A DNA stretch of 64,000 nt from Felis catus (taxonomy: Eukaryota): NCBI RefSeq assembly GCF_018350175.1, contig NC_058368.1:178624001-178688000 (forward strand), in the 5' to 3' direction. The position numbers were made by a program, and so were the translations under genes. Below the pieces are notes generated by a model. It was not told the origin of the DNA, made no database searches, and was given only the letters and a program-made list of their open reading frames with translations. How positions within the stretch are numbered: position 1 is the stretch's first letter; every line of letters begins with the position of its first letter. Shown here in pieces: positions 62,741-64,000 of this stretch.

Positions 62741-63676
62741 CTCCCCCAGTTATTCTCTGACTCATCACCCAATTTCTTTCCTGCCCAATACTTACCACAT
62801 TCAGTAATTGTTACATTTATTTTGTATTTGCTTTCTTAATGTCTTTTTCTCCCCAGAATGCAAACTCAGAAGGACCAGGACTTTATTGATTTATTATAAA
62901 ACATCGTTCCCTAAAGTCAGGTTGGCCATCTTCACAGTCCCACTGTCAGTGTTGCAGGAGCTAGCAGGAATGATTGGTTGCAATTGGCTATAATGTTGGT
63001 GACCATCTCAAATGAAAGGGCTCTTCTAAGACTCTTTTTCAAGGTGCAAGCAAAGGTTGCATGTCCGATTTATACCTGGGCCTGATTGCCATTTGTTTCT
63101 CTGGATTTGTCCTGGATACTTTCTACTGTGATGATGCCCTCAGGATCATAATTATCATCATGTCGAGGTCAAATTCATCTCGGCCAGTAAGCCGTAGCCA
63201 CCAAGTATGTGTGCTAGGTAGTGCTGCGGTGCTGGGGACTGTAGCCAGGAGAAAGGGAAACCCACCTGTGTGGGACCTGACCTGCCTTTGGCTGTGGTTC
63301 TCAGATGGGTGTTCGTTGTCTGGCCAGACACGCTCAGAGAAATCCCATGGAATGTACACTTGGGAACAGAAATGAAAACTCCACTCACAAGTCCATCCGG
63401 ATAATTTATCAAGGGATACTCAGGAAGAGCCGTTCATTTGGTGCCTGAAGGAAGACTCACATTTCAGACCCACAGGGATGAGCACTCTCAAAATCATGGG
63501 TCCCAGGGATGCCCCTGGCTGCCTTCGGAGGATAGTCTCAGCTTCACTTCACTAGCCAAAGCTTTTAGCCTTGCATTAGCTGCAGGGGCAGATAGCACTG
63601 AGCTTGAATTTCAGGCTCTGAAGTCTTCTAACTTGGTTGAAATCCTGGCTTTCCCACTTAAGAACTCCAAGACTCC

Positions 63677-63903
63677 GGGGCGCCTGGGCGGCTCAGTTGG
63701 TTGAGCGTCTGACTTCCGCTCAGGTCATGATCTCACGGTTCGTGGGTTTGAGCGCCATGTTGGGCTCTGTACTGACAGCTCAGAGCCTGGAGCCTGCTTC
63801 AGATTCTGTGTCTCCCTCTCTCTCTCTCTGCCCCTCCCCCCCACTCGTGCTCTGTCTCTCAAAAATAAATACATGTTAAAAAAATTAAAAAAAAAAAAAA
63901 AAA
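63677..63903 (+). mobile_element. Can-SINE with long polyA
   Basis: Perfect 16-bp TSD aagaactccaagactc at 63660-63675 and 63904-63919. Confidence 0.92.
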
Positions 63904-64000
63904 AAGAACTCCAAGACTCTGAGCAGCTTACATACGGATTCCCATCTGTATGATGGGAATGCCTACACCTTCTCCTGAGGGTTGTGAAGGTTAGGCTGAA

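Overview
Mammalian genomic DNA, almost certainly a felid: it is dense in cat-type tRNA-derived Can-SINEs (SINEC_Fc-like) and L1_Fc-like 3' ends. The + strand carries the 3' 19 coding exons (equivalent to exons 3-21, 2462-37379) of LCP2/SLP-76, the haematopoietic TCR adaptor. All introns are GT-AG, and the exons splice into one open frame of 1464 nt (487 aa + stop) covering the SAM tail, acidic DYESP/DYEPP region, Pro-rich/GADS-binding region and SH2 domain. Converging tail-to-tail on the - strand is the small gene C5orf58 (two coding exons, 81 aa), with a GC/CCAAT/ZNF143-THAP11-type promoter at about 47.5 kb. The rest (48-64 kb) is intergenic: repeats plus a few motif-dense unique segments that look like enhancers. 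I found no novel protein-coding system. The best leads are an unidentified retroposed non-SINE insert, a composite VNTR next to exon 8, inverted and nested SINE pairs around the LCP2 mini-exons, a possible N-terminally extended C5orf58, a possible divergent transcript, and interdigitated convergent poly(A) signals. Gene and repeat-family identities are from recall, not from searches.
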